Source: a bacterium | Lineage (GTDB): Bacteria; SAR324; NAC60-12 | NCBI GenBank assembly: GCA_965205865.1 | Contig: CBDBHR010000006.1 | Coordinates: forward strand, 1-23,081 | Length of the DNA stretch: 23,081 bases | Direction of reading: 5' to 3' | Part shown: positions 1-8,914 of the stretch, in pieces | How the letters are laid out: the number at the start of each line of letters is the position of its first letter | How positions within the stretch are numbered: the stretch's first letter is position 1 | Program-made: the position numbers and the translations under genes | Notes under the pieces: model-generated | Told to the model about the DNA's origin: nothing | Database searches by the model: none | Seen by the model: only the letters and a program-made list of their open reading frames with translations

Positions 1-78
1 TTCTTAAAAATAGGTGAATACCATTAAATATCATGTAAAGTCTTTCATTAATTATATCAAGATGATAAACTGATATTA

Positions 79-1650
79 GTGACGCAAAGATTTGAAAGAA
101 CCCGAGTGCGCGCCACCTCGCATGAGGGGTCAATCGTTGCAGTTACGGTATCTTCGGACTGGTTTCTTTCGTTTTTCCGTAAATCTTCAAGATTTGAAAT
201 TTTATGCGCACCATACGTGACCCCCAGATGAAGTTCGGCGAAGTCGACATTGCCGCCATCGAGTTGGATCTAAAATCCCGTGATGACATCCCCCCGATCC
301 TTCGCGGTTTGCAATACATATACGCCACTCCAGCATTACGCGCATCCGTATTCAAGGTTCTGGAACGAGTTATCCCCTCGCGAAGCGGCCCGGGCCTGAG
401 CAACGAAGACAGTTATCGCAAAGCGGACCCTCGTCTTGGTCGTCCCGGGATGGAGCAATGGAAGATTCTGGTGCTTGGCGTACTGCGCCTGGGTCTCAAC
501 AGCGATTACGACCGCATCCATGAGTTGGCTAACCATCACGACAGCATCCGGCAGATGCTCGGGCATGGAAGGTGGGAGGACAAAACGACGTACGACCGGC
601 AGACGATCAAGGATAACCTGCGTCTTTTCACACCTGAGATTCTCAATGAGATCAATCAGTTAGTTGTCAAAACCGGACATGGGCTGGTAAAAAAAAAACG
701 CCCTAAAAGATGGGCCAACCCGAGTTCGGAGGGAGAAGAAGATTGAACTTCATGATTCAACCAAGGCGCTACGTGCTCGCTGCGACTCCTTTGTGGTTGA
801 AACCAATGTACATTATCCGACCGACATCAACCTGCTCTTCGACGCCATACGCAAGACGGTTGAAGAATGCGCCAGGCTTTCACGGAGTTGCCAGTTGGTG
901 GGCTGGCGACAATATCGGAACAAGCTCAGGCAGTTCAAAAAGCAGTATCGTCTCATCCAAAAGCTCAGGCCCTCCACTTCGAAAGTTGAGCAAATAAAGC
1001 GTGCCCGTGAATAAGAGAGGCGCAAGGAATATCTCAAATACGTCCTCATGGCCAAGGCGTATCACCTGCGGGCCCGGAAAAGCCTGGAACTTTTGGAAAA
1101 ACGGGTGCGCTCCTCCTTGAAGCTGCTACGCTTGCGGTCGTCAGTTGGGACAAGGGCGCTCACAGCCCGCAGAATCAGCGTGAACTCGTTGAGCAAAGCA
1201 GACCGGCAGAGAGAAGATTCCCGGGAATTCAAACTCCTGCGCCGCCAACACTCTGCAGTCGAATCCGCCATCAACGCTCTGGAAGTGCACGGACTCGACC
1301 GATGTCCGGATCATGGAATCAAGGGGTTCGAACGCTATGTCGCTCTGGCTGTGCTTGCAAAAAACATCCACCGTCTCGGCACCGTCCTGCGTGAACAACA
1401 AAAAGAACGGCAGCGTCGTAAACGAGGACCCTACAAAAAAGCGGCCTGAACCCAAGAGTGACTCCCCATTCTGAAACAAGAGGGGAGGCCGGGAGGGGGG
1501 GCGAGTGTCCAAAAATAAGGGGGTAATAAAAAATTAGGGATCCCAAAGAAAAATAGCTTCAATTCTCTAAAATATGGCTTGTTCAAAAACAAATGTTCTC
1601 GCGGGTTCTACACCTCACTATTAGTAAAATTGTATTTTTCTGTCAGCCAC
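79..1650 (+). mobile_element. Degenerate IS (ISNCY/IS5-like DDE element), internally deleted
   Basis: Imperfect terminal IRs: GTGACGCAAAGA at 79 versus GTGGCTGACAGA (reverse complement of the end at 1650), each flanked by TA, enclosing a broken transposase. The 6-bp flanks ATATTA and TAATTA do not match. Ends are approximate. Confidence 0.7.
204..1449 (+). pseudogene. ISNCY-like transposase pseudogene
   Basis: Motifs KSRDDIP, GRPGMEQW, RCDSFVVETNVHYPTD and RRQHSAVESAINALEVHGLDRCPDHG. Frame change at the A10 run (689-698), in-frame TAA at 1012-1014, and the central DDE segment (EKV.S and D.G[FY] motifs seen in the 509-aa relative) is missing near 1140-1190. Confidence 0.88.
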
Positions 1651-1655
1651 TAATT

Positions 1656-2036
1656 ATGCAAGATGCTGTTGTGATAAGAATTTTCATCGCCCCCGAAGCG
1701 GGCACCGAAATGATTGCTGTGAATGAGGTTAGTGCTGTAATGAATCGAGGCTTGATCGGCGACCGTTACTATAAATTGACAGGCACATTCTCAAAACCAC
1801 AAATTGAACGCGATCAAGAAATAACACTAATAGAATTTGAAGCAATTGAAGAATTAGTGGTCAACTATGGAGTTAAATTAGAACTCTCTCAATCGCGGCG
1901 AAATATTGTTACGCAAAACGTGAAGTTGAACAACCTCGTAGCAAAACAATTTCAGGTTGGAGAGGTATCGTTAACAGGGATTCGACTTTGCGAACCATGT
2001 AAATATTTAAGTAAAATGACTGGGAACCGCTATCTA
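1656..2036 (+). pseudogene. MOSC-domain protein, 3'-truncated by IS
   Basis: MQDAVVIRIFIAPEAG...GLIGDRY...ITLIE...RRNIVT...GIRLCEPC are MOSC motifs. The frame enters the IS left end at 2037 and stops at 2063; the rest of the gene is not seen in the window. Confidence 0.85.
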
Positions 2037-3868
2037 GATCCTAGCCGAAAAGGTATTTTTTAGAATTATATCTTTAACTTGAGGTTAGAAAGTGCCATAA
2101 TTCATTGAAATAACTGTGAATAACTTCAATATTAAGAATTATGGCACCCAAAATGAAACCATTCATTCGAGCAGAAAAACATCTTATTTTAAGCGCTCCT
2201 GATACAGAATTTGAAAATTTCTTATCAGAACTTGATCAATTGTCTGAGCGAGAGCCGGAGATATTGGACAAAATTGAACAGGATTTGGAGAAATACGCAA
2301 GAAATAAAAAGAAAGAGCGTTTAGAGGATAAACGATGGCAGGAAGCCCGGAATCCATGGCTTCCTCATCTTCCCGTAGAAGATGAGGAATTGAAGCCGGA
2401 AGAACTGAGGCTGGAAATAGGGTGTCCTCGGATGTCGGCTTTTTTAGTCTACCTTTTTATGATGATTCGGGGATATTTAGGAAGTATCAAATCCCAAACG
2501 GCCCAAATATTTCTTTCAGAGTCAATCACACTGCATCTGCTTCTGCTCAACCGTGGATTGAAAATGCCGGGAGCGAGTACAATCCTTGATAATGTCAATG
2601 CTGTCAGCAACGAGAGCAGACAGTTTATTTTCGATGCTCAAATTCGAATGGTTCTCAATGAAGAGTTGGACGATTTTGATATTTTAAAACTGGATAGCAC
2701 CTCTGTAAAAGGAAATACAGCTTGGCCTACTGATTCGTCGATATTGACTCGTCTCGTGGAGCGAAGCTACCATCGAGGGCGTTCCCTTGATACATTTGGA
2801 ATCGCTGAGATCAGTGAAAGAAATTTTGATTTCCTCATCAAGGAGATGAATAAGCTCTCTAAGATGATTGCTTTTGAGACAGGTAAAAAGGACAGTAAAA
2901 CGAAGCGAAAAAAACATTACAAAACCCTATTGAAGAAAGCTCAAAGCGCTCATGGGAAATTTTTAAAAGAAATGGCAAAGGTGGATATCCGTGCCCAAAA
3001 AGCTCTTCTCCCCCCTTCTCGGAAAACGCGTTTGATTCGCCTCATTGAAATGATGAATGAAGATATTTCTAATTTGCAACGGGTAATCATCTACTGTCAT
3101 CAAAGAGTTTTTGAAGAAAAGAAGGTTCCTTCTACTGAGAAAGTATTGAGTCTTTCCGATCAGAGCTCGGCTTATATTCAAAAGGGAGATCGAGAAGCGC
3201 TTATCGGATATAAGCCTCAATTAGGAAGGAGCGGAAATGGTTTTATTTCCGTGTTAATTACTCCGGAGGGCAATGCTGCTGATTCAGGGCAACTCGACCC
3301 TGCCCTTGTTGAACATTTGCGATGCACCATCACCATTCCCTCTGAAGTGAGCCTTGATGATGGATATGCCAATCAGGCGATCAGAGAAAAGTGGATGGGC
3401 AAAGGCGTTAAGGTTTTTAGTATTAGTGGGGCAAAGGGAAAAAAGATGACCCCGATTGAAGAATGGGAAAGTGAAATCTATTTGGAATCACGAAATGGAA
3501 GATCTGCTGCAGAGTCGTTGATGTTTCATCTTAAGCATCGTTTCCATTTCGGACAAGTTATGCGCAGAGGGATTGAAAACGTTCGGGCAGAGTTGCTGGA
3601 AAAAGCATTAACCTATAATTTTTGCAAAATGATTGAGTTGAAAAAAAGACAACTCAAACAAGCGGCCTGAATATTCAATGGGGGAGTGTGAAATATGAGC
3701 AGGGGCGAGGAAAGTATGTCCAAAAAAGATTTTTTCCCTATAAAAACTGTGCTGTGGGCGAATAAAAAACAAAAAAATCGTTTTCTCGTCATATTGAATC
3801 AAATAGAGAATCAAATAGAATCCAATCGGTTATATTTACTATTTTCGAAACCCTTTTCGGCTAGGGTC
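2037..3868 (+). mobile_element. IS copy 1 (1832 bp, ISNCY/IS5-like DDE)
   Basis: 17-bp IRs GATCCTAGCCGAAAAGG and GACCCTAGCCGAAAAGG (1 mismatch); boundaries confirmed by copy 2; flanks TATCTA (left) and TAGCTA (right). Confidence 0.95.
2141..3670 (+). CDS. DDE transposase, 509 aa (ISNCY/IS5-like)
   Basis: Intact ORF with LDSTSV...WPTD, EKVLSLSD, SLDDGY and RSAAES motifs; duplicated at 9019-10548. Confidence 0.92.
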   Translation: MAPKMKPFIRAEKHLILSAPDTEFENFLSELDQLSEREPEILDKIEQDLEKYARNKKKERLEDKRWQEARNPWLPHLPVEDEELKPEELRLEIGCPRMSAFLVYLFMMIRGYLGSIKSQTAQIFLSESITLHLLLLNRGLKMPGASTILDNVNAVSNESRQFIFDAQIRMVLNEELDDFDILKLDSTSVKGNTAWPTDSSILTRLVERSYHRGRSLDTFGIAEISERNFDFLIKEMNKLSKMIAFETGKKDSKTKRKKHYKTLLKKAQSAHGKFLKEMAKVDIRAQKALLPPSRKTRLIRLIEMMNEDISNLQRVIIYCHQRVFEEKKVPSTEKVLSLSDQSSAYIQKGDREALIGYKPQLGRSGNGFISVLITPEGNAADSGQLDPALVEHLRCTITIPSEVSLDDGYANQAIREKWMGKGVKVFSISGAKGKKMTPIEEWESEIYLESRNGRSAAESLMFHLKHRFHFGQVMRRGIENVRAELLEKALTYNFCKMIELKKRQLKQAA

Positions 3869-4474
3869 TAGCTAGACTGCACCCATTCCAGGTTGGGATC
3901 GACATCTACGGTTCTGTTTCCGACACCAGGGGCGGACCGTGGCTCAAGAAAACCTGCTTTGTGGCTGCTTTCCAATATTTTCAGCCCCCCGACTTCCAAT
4001 GGCGTATCACCCAATGGCGCCCAACAGCTGATGGTCTCTATTGAACCACCAACAAAGACCCAATCCTGATGGGGTGGGGTGCCACGCTCATTATCACGAG
4101 GGAAGGCGATACGCCCGATCGTTTGGGGAAAAGGAACGACGCCTTTCTGGAAGAGGGCTGCCATGATGTCGATGATATTTTTGTGAAACTTCAGCTGGTG
4201 GAAAGCTTCCAGGGCTTGGACCCGAGCGTATACGGGAGCGTATTCCTCGTCCATTTCCATAATCGGGGCGCCGATCCGTCAGGCCATCCATCAAATCGGC
4301 CCCCTGGCGCAACCAACCGGCATCCTGACAAAATTCAAGGATTTTTCGTCTCAAGTGCAGAATCTCGTCTTTCGGGAGGATGTTTCTGAGAAACAAATAG
4401 CCGTCGTTGCGCAGCCGCTTACGCAGTCCCGATGGATCGTTAAGAAGGCAGTTCGATTCTTTAAACGGTTTCAC
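3869..4474 (-). pseudogene. PhyH-family Fe(II)/2-oxoglutarate dioxygenase, 5' half (frameshifted and IS-interrupted)
   Basis: GTG start at 4474 after GGAGG; DGYLFLRNIL, a one-base frameshift near 4265-4275, then TPPHQDW (HxD), CWAPLGD, GGLKILESSH; ends WVQSS at the IS right end. Confidence 0.9.
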
Positions 4475-4542
4475 TTTGTGCCTCCTGGAGGATTTTCACA
4501 AAATGCAGGATTCAATCCCTTGCGAAAAAAGGAGGCTTACTA

Positions 4543-5721
4543 GTGTATTGCCTGTTTAATACATTGTATTATTGGTCATTTGGTAGAAAGGTTTGAGTTT
4601 GTTGATAATTTCTTCGGCAGTTTTAGTCCAGACATAGGGTTTTGGGTTGCGATTGTGTGTCTCGATGTAACTATGGATGGCTTCGGTCAACTCGAGCACG
4701 CTTTTGAAGGCGCCTCGTCGAATCCGTTCTGCAGTGATCTTGCCAAAAAAGCGTTCCACCATGTTCAGCCATGAGGAGGAAGTAGGAATGAAATGCGGGT
4801 GAAATCGCGGGTGTTTTTTGAGCCATTCTTTCACCTTAAGATGTTTGTGGGTGGCGTAATTGTCCAGGATCAAGTGTACCTGCAGTTGCTTCGAGGTAGT
4901 CTTGTCAATAAGACGCAGGAAGCGCAGATACTCTTGGTGTCGGTGCCGTTTTTCACAGCGAGCGAGCACTTCCCCTGTCTGCGTATTCAAAGCAGTAAAC
5001 AGACAGCAGGTGCCATGACGGATATAATCATGAGTTCTGGTGCCATTGCGCCCTGGTTTCAGTGGCAGACCTGGCTGGGTGCGATCGAGTGCCTGGATTT
5101 GTGATTTCTCATCGACGCTCAAGACCAGCGCTTTCTCAGGAGGATTCATGTACAAACCGATGACATCTTTCAGTTTCGCAGTGAAATGCTTATCATGCGA
5201 CAACTTAAATGTTTTTTCCAGATGAGGCTTGAGGCGATGGGCCTTCCATACTTTACCGACGGTTGTCTTGCCTACGCCAACTGCCTTGGCCATCGATCGC
5301 GTGCTCCAATGGGTACGGTCCTCAGGCTTCTCTTCAATGGTTTTCTTCACAATCTCCTCGATTTTATCCGCTCCATAAATGCGTGTCCTGCCAGGCCGCG
5401 GATCATCATTGAGACCTGTTATTCCTTTTTCAACAAAGCGCCGTCGCCACTTTCCAACGGCATTACCGCTGGTTCCAAGCGTTTTGGCAATTTCTTGATT
5501 CTTAAGGCCATCAGCAGCCAACAGGATGATGCGCGCACGACGAGTGTCTCGCATCGCTCCGGTATGACGGCGTGCGGTTTTGCCCAATTCATCCCGTTCT
5601 TCCCGGGTCAGTTTTATACTTGGTGCTTTTCTCATGCTGTCTCCATATATGCAAAAAAAAGGACAGCTCGTAGTATAGCAAACCAAGGATTTTTTTACAC
5701 ATTAATAAAAGAGCGACACAC
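4543..5721 (-). mobile_element. IS630-family element
   Basis: Imperfect IRs GTGTATTGCCTGTTTAAT and GTGTGTCGCTCTTTTATT (reverse complement); TA duplicated at 4541-4542 and 5722-5723 in a CTAG context; sits between the SBP and phyH genes. Confidence 0.93.
4556..5635 (-). CDS. IS630-family transposase
   Basis: ATG at 5635 after GGAG; N-terminal HTH, HWSTRSMA, SVDEKSQIQAL, THDYIRHGT, ILDNYATHK, SSSWLNMVERFF. Confidence 0.95.
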   Translation of the reverse strand: MRKAPSIKLTREERDELGKTARRHTGAMRDTRRARIILLAADGLKNQEIAKTLGTSGNAVGKWRRRFVEKGITGLNDDPRPGRTRIYGADKIEEIVKKTIEEKPEDRTHWSTRSMAKAVGVGKTTVGKVWKAHRLKPHLEKTFKLSHDKHFTAKLKDVIGLYMNPPEKALVLSVDEKSQIQALDRTQPGLPLKPGRNGTRTHDYIRHGTCCLFTALNTQTGEVLARCEKRHRHQEYLRFLRLIDKTTSKQLQVHLILDNYATHKHLKVKEWLKKHPRFHPHFIPTSSSWLNMVERFFGKITAERIRRGAFKSVLELTEAIHSYIETHNRNPKPYVWTKTAEEIINKLKPFYQMTNNTMY

Positions 5722-5736
5722 TAGAATGAAAACGTT

Positions 5737-7047
5737 CTAGCCGTGGGCCGCCGCCGGTTGCTCGCGCAGGAGGGCGGAGAGATACTCGTCCACCTCATTC
5801 AATCCTTCGTCCACACTTTTCGATTTATCCCAAACCTTGTCCAGCATACGAGTGATTGCGCTTGAGCTGGCACCGTAAACTGAAAATTCAGCTCCCTTCG
5901 GATGAGAGACATCCCAAAAAGCAAACTGGCCATTTTCTTCGGAACCTTTGAAGTATTTCTTATGCGGTGAATTGACGTACCCTGAATAATCAAGCCCTTC
6001 TTGGGTCACCGGAATTTGAGAAGAGGCCACGCCAAATTCCCCGGCATGCTCGGCGTAGTACCCGTAAATCTTGCCTATTGCTTCCTTAACGTCATCCGGA
6101 CGTCCATAGGGGAGCACCAAGCCGCTATACTCATACATTACTGCCCGTTTATCTCCTAATACCGGCATCACGTCGCTATGGAAATTGAGGTTTTTCTGAG
6201 CAAGCGAACTGCCCACCACCCAGGTGCCCGAATAGAACGTCGAGGCCTGCCCTGTCAGCCAGTAGTCGTAGCGTTGAGTGATATTGGGATCCGTGATTTC
6301 CCATTCGTACAGGGTATTGAGGACGAATTCAGCGGCTTTCCGTCCTGCTTCATTATTGAAATTGGTCTCCTTCCCATCCGTGGTAACGACCGAACCCCCG
6401 TACTGGTAAAGCATTGCTCCCCAGATATTGTTGGGCAGAACCCCTGATCTCGGACACGAAAATCCGGACTGAATGATGTTGCCACTGCTGTCACGCAGGG
6501 TCATTTTTTTGGCCCACTCTACGAATTCTTCAAGGTTTTCCGGTTCCCGGTCGGTTGGCAAGCCTGCTTTTTCCAGGTGATCCAGGTTGTAGAAAAGGAC
6601 CCATGAATTCCAGCCGTGTGGCACCGCGTAGAGTTTTCCATTCCAGCGACAACGGTCCAGCGCAAACGGCAAGATTTTGTTGAGAGGGTAATTGGCCGTA
6701 GCCAGCATTTCATCCATCGGATCGAGTGCCTCGATACCGAGAACAAATCCTCCCATGTAAGGATAATCGCATTCGTACATATCCGGTAAATCGTTCGCGC
6801 CAAAGGCAGCGACGAACTTGGTTTCCGCATCATTCGCAAAATTCTCGAAAGTGACGTCATATCCATGTTCTTTCGCAGCGCGTTTGCCAAATTCGATCAG
6901 CGGATCTCCGGCAGACGCTCCCAATCCCAACCAGAACCGCATTTGCCTCACCGCGTACGCTTGCTGGGGCGTTAAATTCAGCGCTGCTGCCCCAGCAATG
7001 GCCAACGATGAATTTCTGATGAATCTTCTTCTTGTGATATTCTTCAT
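5737..7047 (-). CDS. Carbohydrate-type ABC transporter substrate-binding protein with Tat signal
   Basis: ATG at 7047 after GGAG; TRRRFI twin-arginine leader ending AYA; DLPDM, GKLYAVP, LFYNLDHLEKAGL. Confidence 0.92.
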   Translation of the reverse strand: MKNITRRRFIRNSSLAIAGAAALNLTPQQAYAVRQMRFWLGLGASAGDPLIEFGKRAAKEHGYDVTFENFANDAETKFVAAFGANDLPDMYECDYPYMGGFVLGIEALDPMDEMLATANYPLNKILPFALDRCRWNGKLYAVPHGWNSWVLFYNLDHLEKAGLPTDREPENLEEFVEWAKKMTLRDSSGNIIQSGFSCPRSGVLPNNIWGAMLYQYGGSVVTTDGKETNFNNEAGRKAAEFVLNTLYEWEITDPNITQRYDYWLTGQASTFYSGTWVVGSSLAQKNLNFHSDVMPVLGDKRAVMYEYSGLVLPYGRPDDVKEAIGKIYGYYAEHAGEFGVASSQIPVTQEGLDYSGYVNSPHKKYFKGSEENGQFAFWDVSHPKGAEFSVYGASSSAITRMLDKVWDKSKSVDEGLNEVDEYLSALLREQPAAAHG

Positions 7048-7143
7048 ATATGGTTTCTCCAAAAAAATTAAATTATATCTCAAATCTTTCTAAATAAGAA
7101 TTGAGATCATGCAAACAATAGTGAAGCCACGAACCGGCTTCCT

Positions 7144-7168
7144 GGCGTAAATTGAAAAAATTTACGCC
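7144..7168. other. Perfect 10-bp inverted repeat in intergenic spacer
   Basis: GGCGTAAATT-GAAAA-AATTTACGCC, next to GAAGCC-N7-GGCTTC (7123-7141). Function unknown. Confidence 0.6.
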
Positions 7169-7234
7169 TCCTCTGTGGAAATCTCGAAGCAATGAATAAT
7201 TTCCACTAAGTTTTAAAAAATCCTCCAAACAGAA

Positions 7235-8379
7235 TTATATTTTGAATCTTGTACATAAAACGTATTGCATCGGATCGGGAGCATTATCCCATTCATGGTA
7301 CGAAGCAACGATGGTGCCATCCGGGATTTGAACGACGGAGGGATAACCGATATGTTGATAAACGCCCACATTATGGGGATTAAGCACTCCCGGGCGTTCT
7401 GCCCCCACCTTTTCGGATAAAATAAAGAATTGGCTTCATCCCAATGGACCCCATCTTCAGAGATCACTCCCTTCACCCCGTAAGGTGGTCTTCGATAACC
7501 ATAAACCATCAAATATCTACCATCCATCAAACGGATTAATTCAGCAGGATAGCCCCAGATATTCGTCCAGATGGGTAATGACCAGCTAAAGCCCTTGTCC
7601 TCTGAAATGACATAGGCCATATTTTTAGCATCGCTACTGGGATTGACATGGGTGCGCATAAAGCAGACAAATCGTCCGTCTTCCAATTCCAGCAATGCCG
7701 GTTCTTCAAAATCAATAATAGAAGCCGCATCGTAGGCCAAGGTCGAGTAATACTCCCAATTGTCACCGCCGTCATCCGAACGCATCAAAGCAGAACGGAT
7801 CGTTTCTCTTTCCCCTTCTTCTCCATATCCGCGTATTCTGCCATACAGTCCCATTAAAATGGAGCCGTTGGAGAGTTGCCAGCATCCCAAGCGGCAGCCT
7901 CCATGTTTGAGCGGTCTCACGTTGACGGGGATCAGATCGGACCATGTTTCACCCTGATCATTTGATTTGAGCACATAAGTTCCTAACCACCCCTGTGTTT
8001 TATAAGCCCACGTCCAATCCCCCCATTTTTCGCTCCAGGGTTGCATCCTCCAGGAAGGCTGCTCGGCTTTAATTCCCCGTTTAAAAAATCCGGCGATCGT
8101 CAGGTTAACCAATAATGATTGGTCATTGAGTTCACATATTCCGCAATCCCAATTTCCTATTGTCTCCGACTAGGGTAAAACGATTTTTGGATCGGACCAA
8201 GTCACTCCTCCATCTGATGATTTAACCATGACGGTTTGTCCACTGTCATGATGAAACGGAAAGCGTTCTTCATTATAGACTGCAACAATTTCACCTGTGG
8301 TCAACACCCGCGTGCTGATCTGATTGAGACAATGTTCTTTGTGAGTTGCAATGGTATGATGCTCTGCTTGAATATTCAT
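7235..8379 (-). pseudogene. BNR/Asp-box (sialidase-like beta-propeller) protein pseudogene
   Basis: Five Asp-boxes (SSDGGVTW, SNDQGETW, SDDGGDNW, SEDKGFSW, SEDGVHW); in-frame TAG at 8172-8170 (VLP*SETIGNWDCG); frameshift(s) near 7385-7425; likely true C-terminus YQHIGYPSVVQIPDGTIVASYHEW...CTRFKI* ends at 7235. Confidence 0.88.
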
Positions 8380-8679
8380 GGACGTTTTCCATATCCCAGA
8401 CAGTGAAAGATGGTTTCGTTTTATCCGGATCCTTTGGGTCGTTGTATATTATCAAGATGTGAACTTTAGAAAAAGAACCATCGATAATCCTATAGAAAGC
8501 AGTGGAGAGCAATCAATATTTTCAACAGGTGTCCTCATTTTAAAGGATTTTCTCTGGGATTTCCCTGAAAAAGCAGTGCCTTCAATGGGGTTTGAACTCA
8601 AAGTCATGCTCCTTTTCATTTTCCTTTCGTAAAATTTTAAGTCGCAAATCACAGTATATCATTAATTATTTTCAGAATC

Positions 8680-8718
8680 TTGGCATTTTGCGCCAATAAA
8701 TTGGCATTTTGCGCCAAT
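8680..8718. promoter_or_regulatory. Candidate operator: 18-bp direct repeat x2, 21-bp period
   Basis: TTGGCATTTTGCGCCAAT at 8680 and 8701; each unit is itself TTGGC-N7-GCCAA; upstream of the first cluster gene. The repeat is certain, the regulatory role is inferred. Confidence 0.5.
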
Positions 8719-8914
8719 TTTTAAATACTTCTCAACTAACTTATTTTTGAGAAACCGGCTTTTTGGCAGAACATTATAACAATGGGATCGTGGACATATA
8801 GTACCGTGAATACGGGATTATCATCTTGATCTTGATTTGGGTGGCGATCTTTAGCGATGTTTTGGCCCTTTTTGGATATACGAAAATACTCTTGGCCGAC
8901 AGGCTAACTAGCTC

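Noticed and set aside
1593-1655. Longer MOSC start from the ORF track
   Set aside because: It lies almost entirely inside the first IS; MOSC-like sequence begins at ATG 1656.
8170-8172. TAG as a pyrrolysine or recoded codon
   Set aside because: The same gene is also frameshifted, no pyl genes are present, and TAG serves as a normal stop for the SBP and permease 1; a TGG-to-TAG mutation is simpler.
8291-8652. Short ORFs upstream of the Asp-box gene
   Set aside because: No recognisable motifs and mutually overlapping; a small or decayed gene cannot be excluded.
8680-8718. Sigma54 promoter (TGGCA...TTGC), also at about 17560
   Set aside because: The GG to TTGC spacing is too short for the GG-N10-GC rule.
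8760-8914. Missing MOSC 3' end next to the copy 2 left end
   Set aside because: The reverse-complement translation shows no MOSC-like residues, and its flank does not match TATCTA.
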